The notes beneath the pieces were generated by a model. It was not told the DNA's origin and did no database searches. It saw nothing but the letters and a program-made list of their open reading frames with translations. From positions 48,112,001 through 48,176,000 of the forward strand of contig NC_043015.1 of the NCBI RefSeq assembly GCF_006345805.1: 64,000 bases of DNA. The letters run 5' to 3'. This stretch comes from Octopus sinensis. Lineage: Eukaryota. Position 1 is the stretch's first letter. Every line of letters starts with the position of its first letter. This document shows positions 10,590 to 22,574 of the stretch, piece after piece. Made by a program: the position numbers and the translations under genes.

Positions 10590-10932
10590 TAGATCGACCA
10601 CAGTACGCAACTGGTACTCAATTTATCAACCCCGAAAGGATGAAAGGCAAAGTCAACCTTGGCGGAATTTGAACACTGAACGTAAAGACAGACGAAATAC
10701 CTATTTCTTTATTACCCACAAGGGGCTAAACATAGAGGGGACAAACAAGGACAGACATAGGTATTAAGTCGATTACATCGACCCCAGTGCGGAACTGGTA
10801 CTTAATTTACCGACCCCGAAAGGATGAAAGGCAAAGTCGAGCTCAGCGGAATTTGAACTCACAACGTTGCGCCAGATGAAATACCACTGAGCATTTTGCC
10901 TGGTGTGCTAACGTTTCTGCCAGCTTGCCACC
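10590..10932 (-). mobile_element. tRNA-SINE family B dimer
   Basis: Two body units joined at gacgaaatacc|tatttctttatt. Confidence 0.85.
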
Positions 10933-11433
10933 TTGTTTTTCCTAATATTAACTACTAAGTTGAGTAAGCAAATTCACTCTTTTGACTATTACTGGTCAGG
11001 GAATCATGAAGTTGCACAAAATGATGATTTTTGGGATGTTTATTTAACCCTTTTGTTACCATATTTCTGTTGAGATGCTCTGTGTTTCTTTCAATTACTT
11101 TAAATGTAACAAATAATTTAGTAAAATAACTTAGTTATCATTAAGCTAGTGTCAGGAACAAAAATTGTGAGTAAGGTCTGATGGCAGATTTTAATTCAAA
11201 ACTTATGAAAACAAGACATTTGTACTCAGAGCCAGAGCCAGTTTCAGCCGGGCTGGTAACGAAAACGTGTAATTCATGTATATTCACCTGACGAAAACAA
11301 TTATCTGATGTATTGTTCATGAGGAATCATGGAGCCTAGGTAGCAAGCCTTAAGGGTCCTAGAACTAGGAGACAGTACTTACTTTCCATGGATGAGGTTA
11401 ATTAAAAAGTGCTTTATGATTGAGCTCAAATTA

Positions 11434-11667
<234 letters not shown>

Positions 11668-11863
11668 CTAGAATAAATATATAACAGGCATAGGAGTGGC
11701 TGTGAGGTAAGTAGCTTGCTTACCAACCACATGGTTCCAAGTTCAGTCCCACTGTGTGGCACCTTGGGCAAGTGTCTTCTACTATAGCCTCAGGCCGACC
11801 AAAGCCTTGTGAGTGGATTTGGGAGACGGAAACTGAAAGAAGCCCGTCGTATATATGTATGTG

Positions 11864-11915
<52 letters not shown>

Positions 11916-12047
11916 CTTCCTAGCAGTCAAGCCCTGCCAATATACATATATATTAGAATTTTCTCTGACTTCTCAGATTTTTTGTATGCTAGACTACTGG
12001 TTTTAAATTGATATTAAAATTAATATTAATTTATCTCCCTCATTATT

Positions 12048-12104
<57 letters not shown>

Positions 12105-12462
12105 CATATGTTTGTGTGTCTGTGTTTGTCCACCCAACATCGTTTGACAACCGATGCTGTTGTGTTCACGTCCCCGTAACTTAGCGGTTCGGCAAAAGGG
12201 ACCGATAGAATAAGTACTGGGCTTACAAAGAATTAGTCCTGGGGACAATTTTCTCGATTAAAGGCGGTGCTCCAGCATGGCCACAGTGAAATGACTGAAA
12301 CAAGTAAAAGAGCAACATACATGCTATGATACATAAATATCTAGCATATGACACAAAAATAAAGTAAATATTTAAAATCCAGAATCGAGGGACATTAGTG
12401 GCATCAATGCGGATAATTCATGAGCCTCATCTTTCATCTTCCAGTGCTTATTCATTACATAC

Positions 12463-12566
12463 CTTCGAACAACTGCTTGCATAAATTCATGTATGAACTC
12501 ATCATATTCCTTTCCAGTAACTCGGGGCATATTCAGTCCAATATACAGTGGGTCATTGCGGATGAC
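12463..12566 (-). CDS. ME1/ME3-like: Malic enzyme exon ([35 protein letters not shown]); not in the ORF track
   Basis: Acceptor ttctttag, donor AG|gtatgt, 104 nt, phase 0/2. Confidence 0.95.
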
Positions 12567-14367
12567 CTAAAGAAAATAGAATAAACATCACATAAACACT
12601 AACCAAAAAATACTAAACATTAATTGTTATATATCTACTATATAGTAGTAGTAGTTATGAAAAATACTTATTTCTTTATTACCCACAAGGGGCTAAACAT
12701 AGAGGGGACAAACAAGGACAGACATAGGTATTAAGTCGATTACATTGACCCCAGTATGTAACTGGTACTTAATTTATCGACCCCGGAAGGATGAAAGGCA
12801 AAATCGACCTCAGCGGAATTTGAACTCAGAACGTAGCGGCAGACGAAATACCGCTAAGCATTTCGCCCGGCGTGCTAACGGTTCTGCCAGCTTACCATTA
12901 TGAAAAATACTGAACAGCCAAAGTATTTGGAAACAGATTGGTTTAACTCTAGATAGAGGTGTATCTATGTTAGAAGGGAGCAATTTCTAAGTATGAGTCT
13001 GTAATATGACCTTCAAATCACATCTTATAAAAAAAAAGAAAGGATACATTTATGTAATGGGGTCCTAAATATAGTCTGGAAAAAGAAAAGTTGGTTGTGG
13101 ATGGAATACCTGTGATCAAAGGACACCTTGATCAGGGCTAACTGGGGATGAAACAATAACTAGCTATCTACACTTGCTAAAGCAGTGGTTTTTAACTGTG
13201 GTCTGCATGGATCCTGGGGTTTCATATAACATTTTTGGGGATCCACACAAACAAAGTACTAAATAGGGGATCCACAGTATTATTTTAAAAGTCCACAAAA
13301 ATGAATTTTGCTTTAAATATATATATATTTATTGTAAGAAACAGCCAGGTTTCTTTCTCTGAAGTTTTACATAGTTTAACATGTTTCTGGCAACTGAAAC
13401 AGGTTTTCTCAAAGTGTTTTTGCAAACCTAAACAAGCGTTTGGGTGAAAAACAAAAAAGGTTAGTGACAGGAAAAGCATTCAGCTGTAAAACAATGTCCC
13501 AGTAATGTATTCGTCTGACCCATGCGGGCATGGACGTAAAAACAAATGACATGTCTCATTAGTTAAGACATGACAAATGGCCTCAATTGCTAACACTGGG
13601 CTGAAAATTTCCGAAGTCAAAGCCCAGTCCTGGAATAAGATTTTTGCTGAGCAAAGGCGGCAAGCTGGCAGAAACGTTAGTACACTGGGCGAAATGCTTT
13701 GTAGTATTTCACCTGTCTTTAGTTCTGAGTTCAAATTCCACCGAGGCCGACTTTGCCTTTCTTCCTTTCGGGGTCGATAAATTAAGTACAGTTGCGTACT
13801 GGGGTCAATGTAATCGACCCCCCCCCCCAAATCTCGGGGCTTGTGCCTAGAGTAGAAAATAGTATCTTTACTGAACAGAAATTAATGACAGAAGAGATTA
13901 GAGTATTCTCCCTTACATTAAAGACCGCCTCATTTCCTTCAAAGGGAATGCAAGGATGTTATGCATTTCAGGACTAAACTGATCGATGCAATTCTGTGCA
14001 GTCTTGTCTCGTACAGAAAGTGAAGGAAGTCCATAATAACAATCAAAGCAGTTTATAGAAAAAATGTGGGTAACCTGATGACACGAAACGCAAGACTTTC
14101 ATTGATTGATTTCACTTTAGTACTTGTTTGAAGGCATAAGATACATATTCTCCATCTACAAAATGACTCGAAAGCTCATCCACAAGCTAATTTCGTTCCT
14201 GACGCTTATTACTATAGACTAATTTTAATCCAGACACTTTCTTCTACTTAACCTAATCCCATAATATGTTCAGCCCTTCTACTGACTTACTTTTTATATG
14301 CAGTAAATGTTTTCTGCTATAGCTTAAGCACTTAGTGTTTTGTAATATGTTGTTAGATTGCTTTAAA

Positions 14368-14620
14368 TCATCATCATCATCATTTAGCATCCGCTTTCCA
14401 TGCTAGCATGGGTTGGACGGTTCAACTGGGGTCTGCGAAGCCAGAAGGCTGAACCAGGCCCAGTCTGATCTGGCAATGTTTCTATGGCTGGATGCCCTTC
14501 CTAATGCCAACCACTCCGTGAGTGTAGTGAGTGCTTTTTACATGCCACCGGCACAGGTGCCAGATGGGGCTGGCAAACGGCCACGGTCGGATGGTGCTTT
14601 TTACGTGCCACCGGCACATT
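14368..14620 (-). mobile_element. Family C repeat: RTE-type 3' end or RTE-partner SINE with (GAT)n tail
   Basis: catcatcatcatttagcatccgctttccatgctagcatgggttggac...ggatgcccttcctaatgccaacc. Copies near 1890, 6017, 15680, 17405(+), 18408, 27443, 29455, 36205(+), 45600(+), 46790(+), 51595(+), 54700(+) and 55965(+). Confidence 0.8.
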
Positions 14621-15200
14621 GGTTTCAAATTTTGGCACAAGGCCAGCAGTTTTGGGGAGGGGGTAATCTGATTGCATAAACCACAGTAATCAACAGGTAC
14701 ATATTTTTATTGACCCTGAAAGGACAAAAGGTAAAGTCGACCTTGACAGGATTTGAACTCAGAACATAAAAATGGACAAAATACCACTAAGCATTTTGCC
14801 TGGCGCGCTAATGATTCTGCCAGCTCACTGTTCTTTAATGCACTAGACATTTTTATTCTTGAATATGCACTGTTGAAATTAGGATGCATCGAATAAGCTG
14901 TTGCGTCTTTAATGCCATCAAATGCAATAATTACAATCTGACATCATATTGGCCTTCATTCAAGTGTTTATTTTCTGGGATATTCTCTTTACTCTCTTTC
15001 ACTTGTTTCAGTCATTCGACTGCGGCCATGCTGGAGCACCGCCTTTAGTCAAGCAAATCGACCCCAGGACTTATTCTTTGTAAGCCCAGTACTCATTCTA
15101 TCGGTCTCTTTTGCCAAACCGCTAAGTTACGGGGACGTAAACACACCAGCATCGGTTGTCAAGCAACGTTGGGGGAACAAACACAGACACACAAGCATAT

Positions 15201-15252
<52 letters not shown>

Positions 15253-15255
<3 letters not shown>

Positions 15256-15451
15256 TTTTTTTTCTGCACGCATTTTTTTCTCTCCTTCTTTCTGTGTTTT
15301 TCTCTCTCTGTGTATCTTTCTGTTGAAGAGCGTAGGCTCGAAACGTTAAAGACTTGTTTTATTTATATTTCCTGAGCGCCATACTAATACAATTGTTCGT
15401 TTGTTTTCCACCTGCCTTCGTCTTTTGTTTATTTTCATAAAGCTTCCCGTT
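15253..15451 (+). mobile_element. Penelope-like terminal-repeat fragment embedded in (TA)n
   Basis: Pyrimidine-rich leader, minimal hammerhead, tttcctgagcg motif, T-rich tail; (TA)n on both sides; interrupts a family A SINE. Confidence 0.6.
15315..15352 (+). ncRNA. Minimal type I hammerhead motif with A6U core variant
   Basis: tcttt-CTGTTGA-a-gagc/gtag/gctc-GAAAC-GTT-aaaga; 5-bp stem I, 4-bp stem II. Confidence 0.6.
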
Positions 15452-16379
15452 ATATATATATATATATACACACACATACATATATACGACGGGCTTCTTT
15501 CAGTTTCTGTCTACCAAATCCACTCACAAGGCTTTGGTTGGCCCGAGGCTATAGTAGAAGACAGTTGCCCAAGGTGCCACGCAGTGGGACTGAACCCGGA
15601 ACCATGTGGTTCGTAAGCAAGCTACTTACCACACAGCCACTCCTACACCTGTTCATATTTGTTTTGTGACATCAACAACATCATCATGAACATTTAACAT
15701 CCATTTTCCAGGCTGGCATGGGTTGAATGGCTGGACAGGAGGAACTGGCCAGTCTGAGAGCTGCACCAGGCTCCTATTGTCTGTTGTGATATAGGTTTCT
15801 ATAACTGGATGCCCTTCCTAATGCCAATCACTTTCCAGAGTGTACTGGGTGCTTTTTACGTGACACTTGCACAGGTGCTCTACATGTGGAACCAGCACAA
15901 GTGCTCTATATGTGACACTGGCACAGGTACTTTACACATGGCACCAGCACGGGTGCTGTATACATGGCACTTGTGCTTTATATGTGACACAGGCACGAGT
16001 GCTTTACAGTTAGAAGTGGCACAGGTGTTCTATAAGTGACACAGGAATGGGTGCTTTATAGGTGGCACCAATCCTCTAGCATTATAATTACTGTCAAATG
16101 TAGTGCTTATTATTCACATTGCTTTGAATTAATCATATATTATCTCATTATTTTGAGGCCTCTATGATGTAATTGCATATTTTTAGAATGACATTGCAGA
16201 GTAGGCGCAAGAAGCTGGATCTGGTTGGTTTGAACAGAAAACAGATAGAACACTGGGACTGGTTTAAGTGCTAAAAGATTAAATGAAATGTTTTTAGGAG
16301 CACTAGATTTTTATACAATAACACACCTTCGTTAAAGTAATGACACAACAGATTATCATAAAATTATTTTAAATTCTTA

Positions 16380-16577
<198 letters not shown>

Positions 16578-16649
16578 TTAGATACTGTCTAAGACACGTT
16601 CAAGATAAAAATTCTCAAAATTCCAATCTATTTAGGGAACTGCACATAC

Positions 16650-16725
16650 CTTTACACTATTATCTGGCCAATTGCATAGGATATCATATACATGGCCTTT
16701 ATCTTTAATGGAGATGAATAAACCT
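16650..16725 (-). CDS. ME1/ME3-like: Malic enzyme exon (RGLFISIKDKGHVYDILCNWPDNSVK); not in the ORF track
   Basis: Acceptor cttcag, donor AAG|gtatgt, 76 nt, phase 2/0. Confidence 0.95.
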
Positions 16726-16869
16726 CTGAAGTTGAAAAAAAAAATGTTTCAAAGTTTCTTGAAATAAAATAAGTCAAAACTTTTTTCAAAAATGCACTTG
16801 AAAATCTCAATATAATATTGCCAAAAAATTATGTATCAAAATAGTATAGCATTTATAATTTTTATATTT

Positions 16870-17290
16870 GAAAATCAATATATTCCACGCTGTTACTGTT
16901 TATCTCTTGCTCAGGGATTTAATATAACTTATCTCTCTTTATGAGATCAGCGACAATGAGTTGCTAGAAAAAGGATTTAATATTTTGAGAGTGGAATGAG
17001 TTCTTCATCACTAGCCAGTGATTAACACACACTGAAGATGGGTAACCACCTAGAAACCCGGGTCTGTGTGTATCATGTAAAGCTAGAGATGGGAACAATG
17101 ATCTCCCTCACAAATACTAATCGGACACAGACTGTGTGTCTTCAGCCAGCTGGAGGAGATATCTTCCTGGAGCTAAAAACAACAGTAACACTGTCCTCTA
17201 TAGGACTGCCACATTTAGTTGGCAAATATATTTTACGATTCCGTACTGTTACTGTTTATCTCTTGTGCAGAGATTTAATATAAAAATCAA
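16870..17290 (+). mobile_element. Retrozyme/Penelope-like unit with terminal direct repeat (period 356 bp)
   Basis: ctgttactgtttatctcttg...gatttaatataa occurs at 16890 and 17246; a canonical hammerhead and several short hairpins lie between. Confidence 0.55.
17025..17071 (+). ncRNA. Canonical type I hammerhead ribozyme (GUC cleavage triplet)
   Basis: acacaca-CTGAAGA-tgggt/aacc/accta-GAAAC-ccgg-GTC-tgtgtgt; 7-bp stem I, 5-bp stem II, palindromic ACCCGGGT stem III. Confidence 0.85.
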
Positions 17291-17404
17291 TATAATTAAA
17301 ATTGTTATGTATTGAATTATTATAACAACAGTAACTTCTTTAACTTTAATAATGATTTCTTAATTGTAACTTTAGAATCTCAATATAACATTACTAAAAT
17401 TATT

Positions 17405-17768
17405 GTATATGCTGGTACCACATAAAAAGCTCCCATGCTGGTGCCATGTTAAAAGCACTCAGGCCAGTGTCACGTAAGAAGCACCTGTGCTGGCGCCATA
17501 TAAAAAGCACCCGCAAAGGTAACAAGTAAAACGCACCTGTGACAGTGCCGCATAAAAAAAACACCCATGCCAGGTCAGGTAAAGAGAGCATATGTTGGTG
17601 CCATGTAAAAAGGACCCAGTTGCATTCAGTATAGTGGTTAGTATTCAGCCATAGAAACCAAGTCAAAACACACAGCTGGAACTAGGTGCCGCTCCTCAGC
17701 TTGCCAGCTCTAGCCAAAGTGTCCAATCCATGCCAGCATGGAAAATAGATGCTAAATGATGATGATGA
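17405..17768 (+). mobile_element. Family C repeat with an expanded internal array of gtgcca(c/t)gtaaaaagcacc-like units
   Basis: Several degenerate units, then catgccagcatggaaaatagatgctaaatgatgatgatg. Confidence 0.75.
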
Positions 17769-18871
17769 AGAATTGGTATGGCAAATGTAATTTCAATATT
17801 AATATTACAAAAAAAAAAAATTGATGTGATGAGAAGCAGGTAACATTGTATTACTGGTATTCAGAATAGCAACAAAGAAATCACCTTGGACAGCATCAAT
17901 GTTTCAATTTTATTTTTTTGTAGATTAGTTAGTTAGGCATAATTCATTCCTGCCTTTCAATCTCAGTATTAAAGCTACACATAGGTCTGCTGTAGCACAC
18001 ATGCTGCATACATTCCTACAACAATGTTTTCTTTATGCACAATAAAGGCAGAAGTAAATCTGCCTTCAACTCAGCCGTGCACCTGTGTTTTGCTTATTTT
18101 ACTACATAAACGTCACCAACTGCCTACCCTGAGTAATTACTGACAGCACATGCCTGCATTTAGGGTATCATTAAAGTAAACAGATGAAACAAAATTATTT
18201 TCCAGTTTCACTTTAGTGAAGACCAATTGTAGGTCAAATAGTGTCCTTAATAGTTATAAAAGTGACTGAAGTCCATTATGTGTAATATGTCTGTGTGTGT
18301 GTATATATATTGTCTGAATTTTATAGTGTTAATTATCCATCACAGGCAACAAACCAGTTATATAATATCTGCTCATCAGAGATAGCCGACATGGAAGGGG
18401 AAATGTCATTATCATCATCATTTAGCATCTGCTTTCCATGCTAGCATGGGCTGGACGATTTGACTGAGGACTGGTGAACCAGATGGCTGCACCAGGCTCC
18501 AATCTGATCTGGCAGAGTTTCTACACCTTGATGCTCTTGCTAACACCAACCACTCCGAGAGTGTAGTGCGGGCTTTTACGTGCCACCGGCACGAGGGCCA
18601 GTCAGGCGGTACTGGCAAAGGCTACGCTCAAATGGTGCTGATACAGCTTGGCACCAGTGATGTTGCAACTTATTTCTACAGCTGAGTGAAATGGAGCAAC
18701 ATGAAATAAAATGTCTTGCTCAAGAACACAACACACAGGCTAGTCCTAGAACTGAACTCACTACCTCATGATTGTGAGCCTGACACTCTAACCACTGAGT
18801 CATGCACATTCACATGACCTATGACTACATAACAAACAAACAAACAATATAAACATCCTTCTGAAAGTTAC

Positions 18872-19155
18872 CTTGGTCTCCTGAACAAAAGCCCATACTG
18901 CTGGCAGGCCAGTCCAACAGTCGGGGTGTATACTATTGGCATCATTTCTTCTACATGTTCTGTGAGGACTTTGTAAAATAAACGCTCATTTCTATCGAGT
19001 AAGGCTGTCAAATAAATATATTTGTCTAAATCAGTGGGACGGCGTCGGAAGTTTTCCATCACTCGGTAAGCTTGCTGATCTTGAGTGATGATGCAGGGAG
19101 GCAGCAAGCCATGAATACCCATTATCTGACGTTCCCTTAACGTGAAAGCCAGGCT
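18872..19155 (-). CDS. ME1/ME3-like: Malic enzyme exon (SLAFTLRERQIMGIHGLLPP...MPIVYTPTVGLACQQYGLLFRRPR)
   Basis: Acceptor ttgcag, donor AG|gtaact, 284 nt, phase 0/2; YTPTVG catalytic-Tyr motif. Confidence 0.97.
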
Positions 19156-19440
19156 CTGCAAGTAAATTCAATGAATTAAAAACTCAGTATACAAGGAGTT
19201 AGGAAAATTGAAAAAAGTCATAAACAACCAATGTGGACCCTTAAGATATCTTTACAGATCAGAACATTTATTTAATCATGTAACAGAGGCAGTAGAAATG
19301 TGGAACCTATAGTCACTCCAGAGCAATGGAAACTTCTGAAAAATACATTTTAGAGACAGATACAGTATTAATACCGAGGTATTATTTATCCCCCTTTGAA
19401 GGTTGGCATTCTGTTAGAATAAACTATAATGTGATAGAGT

Positions 19441-19831
19441 GGAGGTGCAATGGCCCAGTGGTTAGAGCAGCGGACTCGCGGTCGTAGGGTCGCGGTTTCG
19501 ATTCCCAGACCGGGCGTTTTGAGTGTTTATTGAGCAAAAACACCTAAAGCTCCACGAGGCTCCGGCAGGGGATGGTGGTGATCCCTGCTGTACTCTTTCA
19601 CCACAACTTTCTCTCACTCTTACTTCCTGTTTCTGTTGTACCTGTATTTCAAAGGGCTGGCCTTGTCACTCTCTGTGTCACGCTGAATATCCCCGAGAAC
19701 TACGTTAGGGGTACACGTGTCTGTGGAGTGCTCAGCCACTTACACGTTAATTTCACGAGCAGGCTGTTCCGTTGATTCGGATCAACCGGAACCCTCGTCA
19801 TCATAACCGACGAAGTGCTTCCATCCATCCA
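19441..19831 (+). mobile_element. tRNA-SINE family D copy
   Basis: ggaggtgcaatggcccagtggttagagcagcggactcgcggtc...gtttcgattcccagacc. Confidence 0.85.
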
Positions 19832-19939
19832 ATGTGATAGAGACCATGATAGAAATGCACTCTTATTCATATAAGAGTGCATTTTGTTTATATAAATAAG
19901 AGTGTATTTTGCACTAAAAAGCCAATATGAGAGTTTATT

Positions 19940-20388
19940 ATTTCTTTACTGCCCACAAGGGGCTAAACATAGAGGTGTCAAACAAGGACAGACAAAGGGA
20001 TTAATTAATTATTACATCAATCCCAGTGCATATCTGGTACTTAATTTATTAACCCCGAAAGGATGAAAGGCAAAGTCGACCTCAGCGATATTTGAACTCA
20101 GAATGTAATGGCAGACGAAATACCGCTAAGCATTTCGCCTGGCGTGCTAACGTTTCTTATTTCTTTATTGCCCACAAGGGGCTAAACATAGAGGGGTCAA
20201 ACAAGGACAGACAAAGGGATTAATCGATTACATCAATCCCTCTGCGTAACTGGTACTTAATTTATCGACCCCGAAAGGATGAAAGGCAAAGTCAACCTCG
20301 GCGGAATTTGAACTCAGAACATAACGGCAGACGAAATACTGCTAAGCATTTAGCCTGGCATGCAAACAATTCTGCCAGTTCACCGCCT
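19940..20388 (-). mobile_element. tRNA-SINE family B dimer
   Basis: Two ~210-bp units joined at gctaacgtttc|ttatttctttatt. Confidence 0.85.
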
Positions 20389-22117
20389 TCATAAGAGTTG
20401 AGATAAATATGAGAGTTTCTCTGATGGTATCTACCACAAAATAGCTTATTCTAACAGAACATCCACATTTAAGTGGGGGATAAATAGAAAATTTTGAATA
20501 ATGACTGATAAGATAAACCAGGGATAGGCAACCTTTTTTGAGATATGGGCCACATGAGACATGACTCATCATTAGGTGGGGCCACACCACTAAAATACAA
20601 TCAAGGTAATTTTTCGTTTAGGCATGATATTCAGAAAGTCCTATGAGTTGCAGTTTGTCCCTGATAGATAAACGATAATGATGATACTTAATATTGCTGA
20701 TTCATGATGGATTACCTAAACTGTAGTCTATCAAATTCTCTAAGTTAATCTCATTTAACTCTTTAGCACTTAAATCTGCCACACCTGGCAGAAACACACC
20801 TTTAGCTCACAAGTGATTTTACCAGTCTGTATAGTTTGAACATTTAGTTCACCTTGCACTTTACTTCAATAGAGAAATCTACTTCCAAGCCTTTGAACAT
20901 TTTTTCAACCAATATATCCCTCTTTATTTGTTCTCTACTTATTATTTCTTTACCCCTTCTCTTCCTAGGGTTTGCCTTTGACGTCAGATCTACTAACGGT
21001 TTTAAAAAATACTTAATAGCGTTCTGTTTATCATTTATGCTGTCATCAAAATTGTTATAATGTCTTGTTGTTGAGATAGGTTCTCTTTCTTTCCTGATGA
21101 GAAGATTACATTATTTTACACCATTTATTCCTTTGGAATAAAACCAATGTTGTCTTCGAAACATATGCTGAAAGTAAAAGAATTTGAATAACACCTGCGT
21201 TCAACTCCATTTATTTACTTATACTACACAAATTACTGCACATTAACCTGGAGTTTCTACCTTTGAATAGGTCGCTACACTCTTGTTACTTGCGTGAATC
21301 TTGCTACCCTGGTAACTGTTTATTGAATTTTCCGTGTTAACAGTAAACAAAGGATAATTCATTCATCCATTTACATATATATATATATACACGCACATAC
21401 ACAACAGCCCAGAAAGGTAGGATCCTCCTACAAGGCAGTTAGTTGAGAGTTGTGTAGGTGCATGTTTGCATCTGTTGTAGTGTGCAATATTACAAGTGTC
21501 ATCTAAGCAGGAGTAGCTCACCTTCACGTTATGTGGATTGAAGAGCTTGTAGTACTTGTGGCTTTGGGAAAATGTTGCTTAATCAATGACAGGAAGCACC
21601 TAATTACATTTGTGGAAACTTCTATACTGCATGGAGGTTTGAACCAAATTATCTTTTCCTTTCTGATTCTCTTGCAGTGTAGAGTGGGTGGGGGTGTCCT
21701 CCATATATGTTAACTTTGCAGTAAACCCAATCTTAGTAGGGGGCTGTGGGTATGGAATCCACTTCCTAACCATGTGATTTTAGGTTTTATCCCACTGTGT
21801 CAAATTAGGCAAATATCTTTTACTATAGTTTGAGCTGACTGATGGCTCGTGAGTGTAATCATTAGACAAAAACTGTAAAGGAACTTGTAGTGTGTATGTG
21901 AGGGGAGCTCACATGAACAAGCCTGTAGTTCTGCATTTTCAAAGACTAATTGAATAAAATAAAACTCCCTTATTCAAAAACCAGGTGTGAGTTGGTAACA
22001 GGAAGGGAGGTCTGACCATAAAATACTGCCTCAAATAAATAAGTAATCATCTAACTCATGCTAGTATAGGAAAATAGACGTAAATTCAACAAATAAACAA
22101 AATCCATGTGTATATAC

Positions 22118-22268
22118 CTTGTTTATTCTTGGGTTGCGGATGATATCTATGCCTCGGGATTTTGTTTGGCTCACATGTTTTGCTGAAGATTCTTTCCAGG
22201 TCAACCCAGCTGTCTTGAACATATCCATACTTTTGGTATGGATATTTCCAGTAGAGACAGAAGTGGCT
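22118..22268 (-). CDS. ME1/ME3-like: Malic enzyme exon 2 (xATSVSTGNIHTKSMDMFK...SRGIDIIRNPRINK)
   Basis: Acceptor tgtttcag, donor AAG|gtatat, 151 nt, phase 2/0. RGIDIIRNPRINK matches the start of the malic enzyme core. In-frame ATGs at 22228 and 22222. Confidence 0.92.
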
Positions 22269-22532
22269 CTGAAACAGAGGGAAAAAAAGGACATGACAAT
22301 AAATAAACATGTTTGTCTAGATTCAGTAGAAATATTTTCACATATTGCATCTTCTAGCATACAATTCAAATTTTTCAGACCAAAATTTACAGTAAAAAAA
22401 AGTTAGGTTGACCTATACACCAAGATGATTTTGGAGGACCAAGAATTCCATGTGAAATGCAGGAGGAATTTAGAAGATGATGATTATTATTTACATTTGA
22501 CGGATATTTGTCCTCATCTTACTTGTTGTTAA

Positions 22533-22574
22533 CACAGTGCTTCGGCTGATATACCCTCCAGCCTTTATCAGGTG
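22533..22574 (-). ncRNA. Degenerate hammerhead motif (SINE copy, sense to the malic enzyme transcript)
   Basis: Minus strand: cac-CTGATAA-aggctggagggtatatcagcc-GAAGC-ACT-gtg; core and triplet are mutated relative to the 421-455 copy. Confidence 0.55.

Larger units (their letters stand above)
14985..15650 (-). mobile_element. tRNA-SINE family A copy interrupted in its (TA)n by a Penelope-like fragment
   Basis: The 3' half (14985-15250) and 5' half (15452-15650) flank the insert. Confidence 0.85.

Noticed and set aside
14075-14092. CTGATGA-cac-GAAAC hammerhead-like core
   Set aside because: No stem II, no NUH triplet and no stem I pairing.
17405-17600. Repeat-spacer-like pattern resembling a CRISPR array
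   Set aside because: Degenerate internal tandem array of a eukaryotic family C repeat; there are no cas genes and the context is intronic.
21111-21167. Good acceptor followed by ATG and MFRRQHWFYSKGINGVK* between exons 2 and 3
   Set aside because: In-frame stop, no convincing donor, and it would bypass conserved residues. It could only be a poison exon, which cannot be supported without RNA data.
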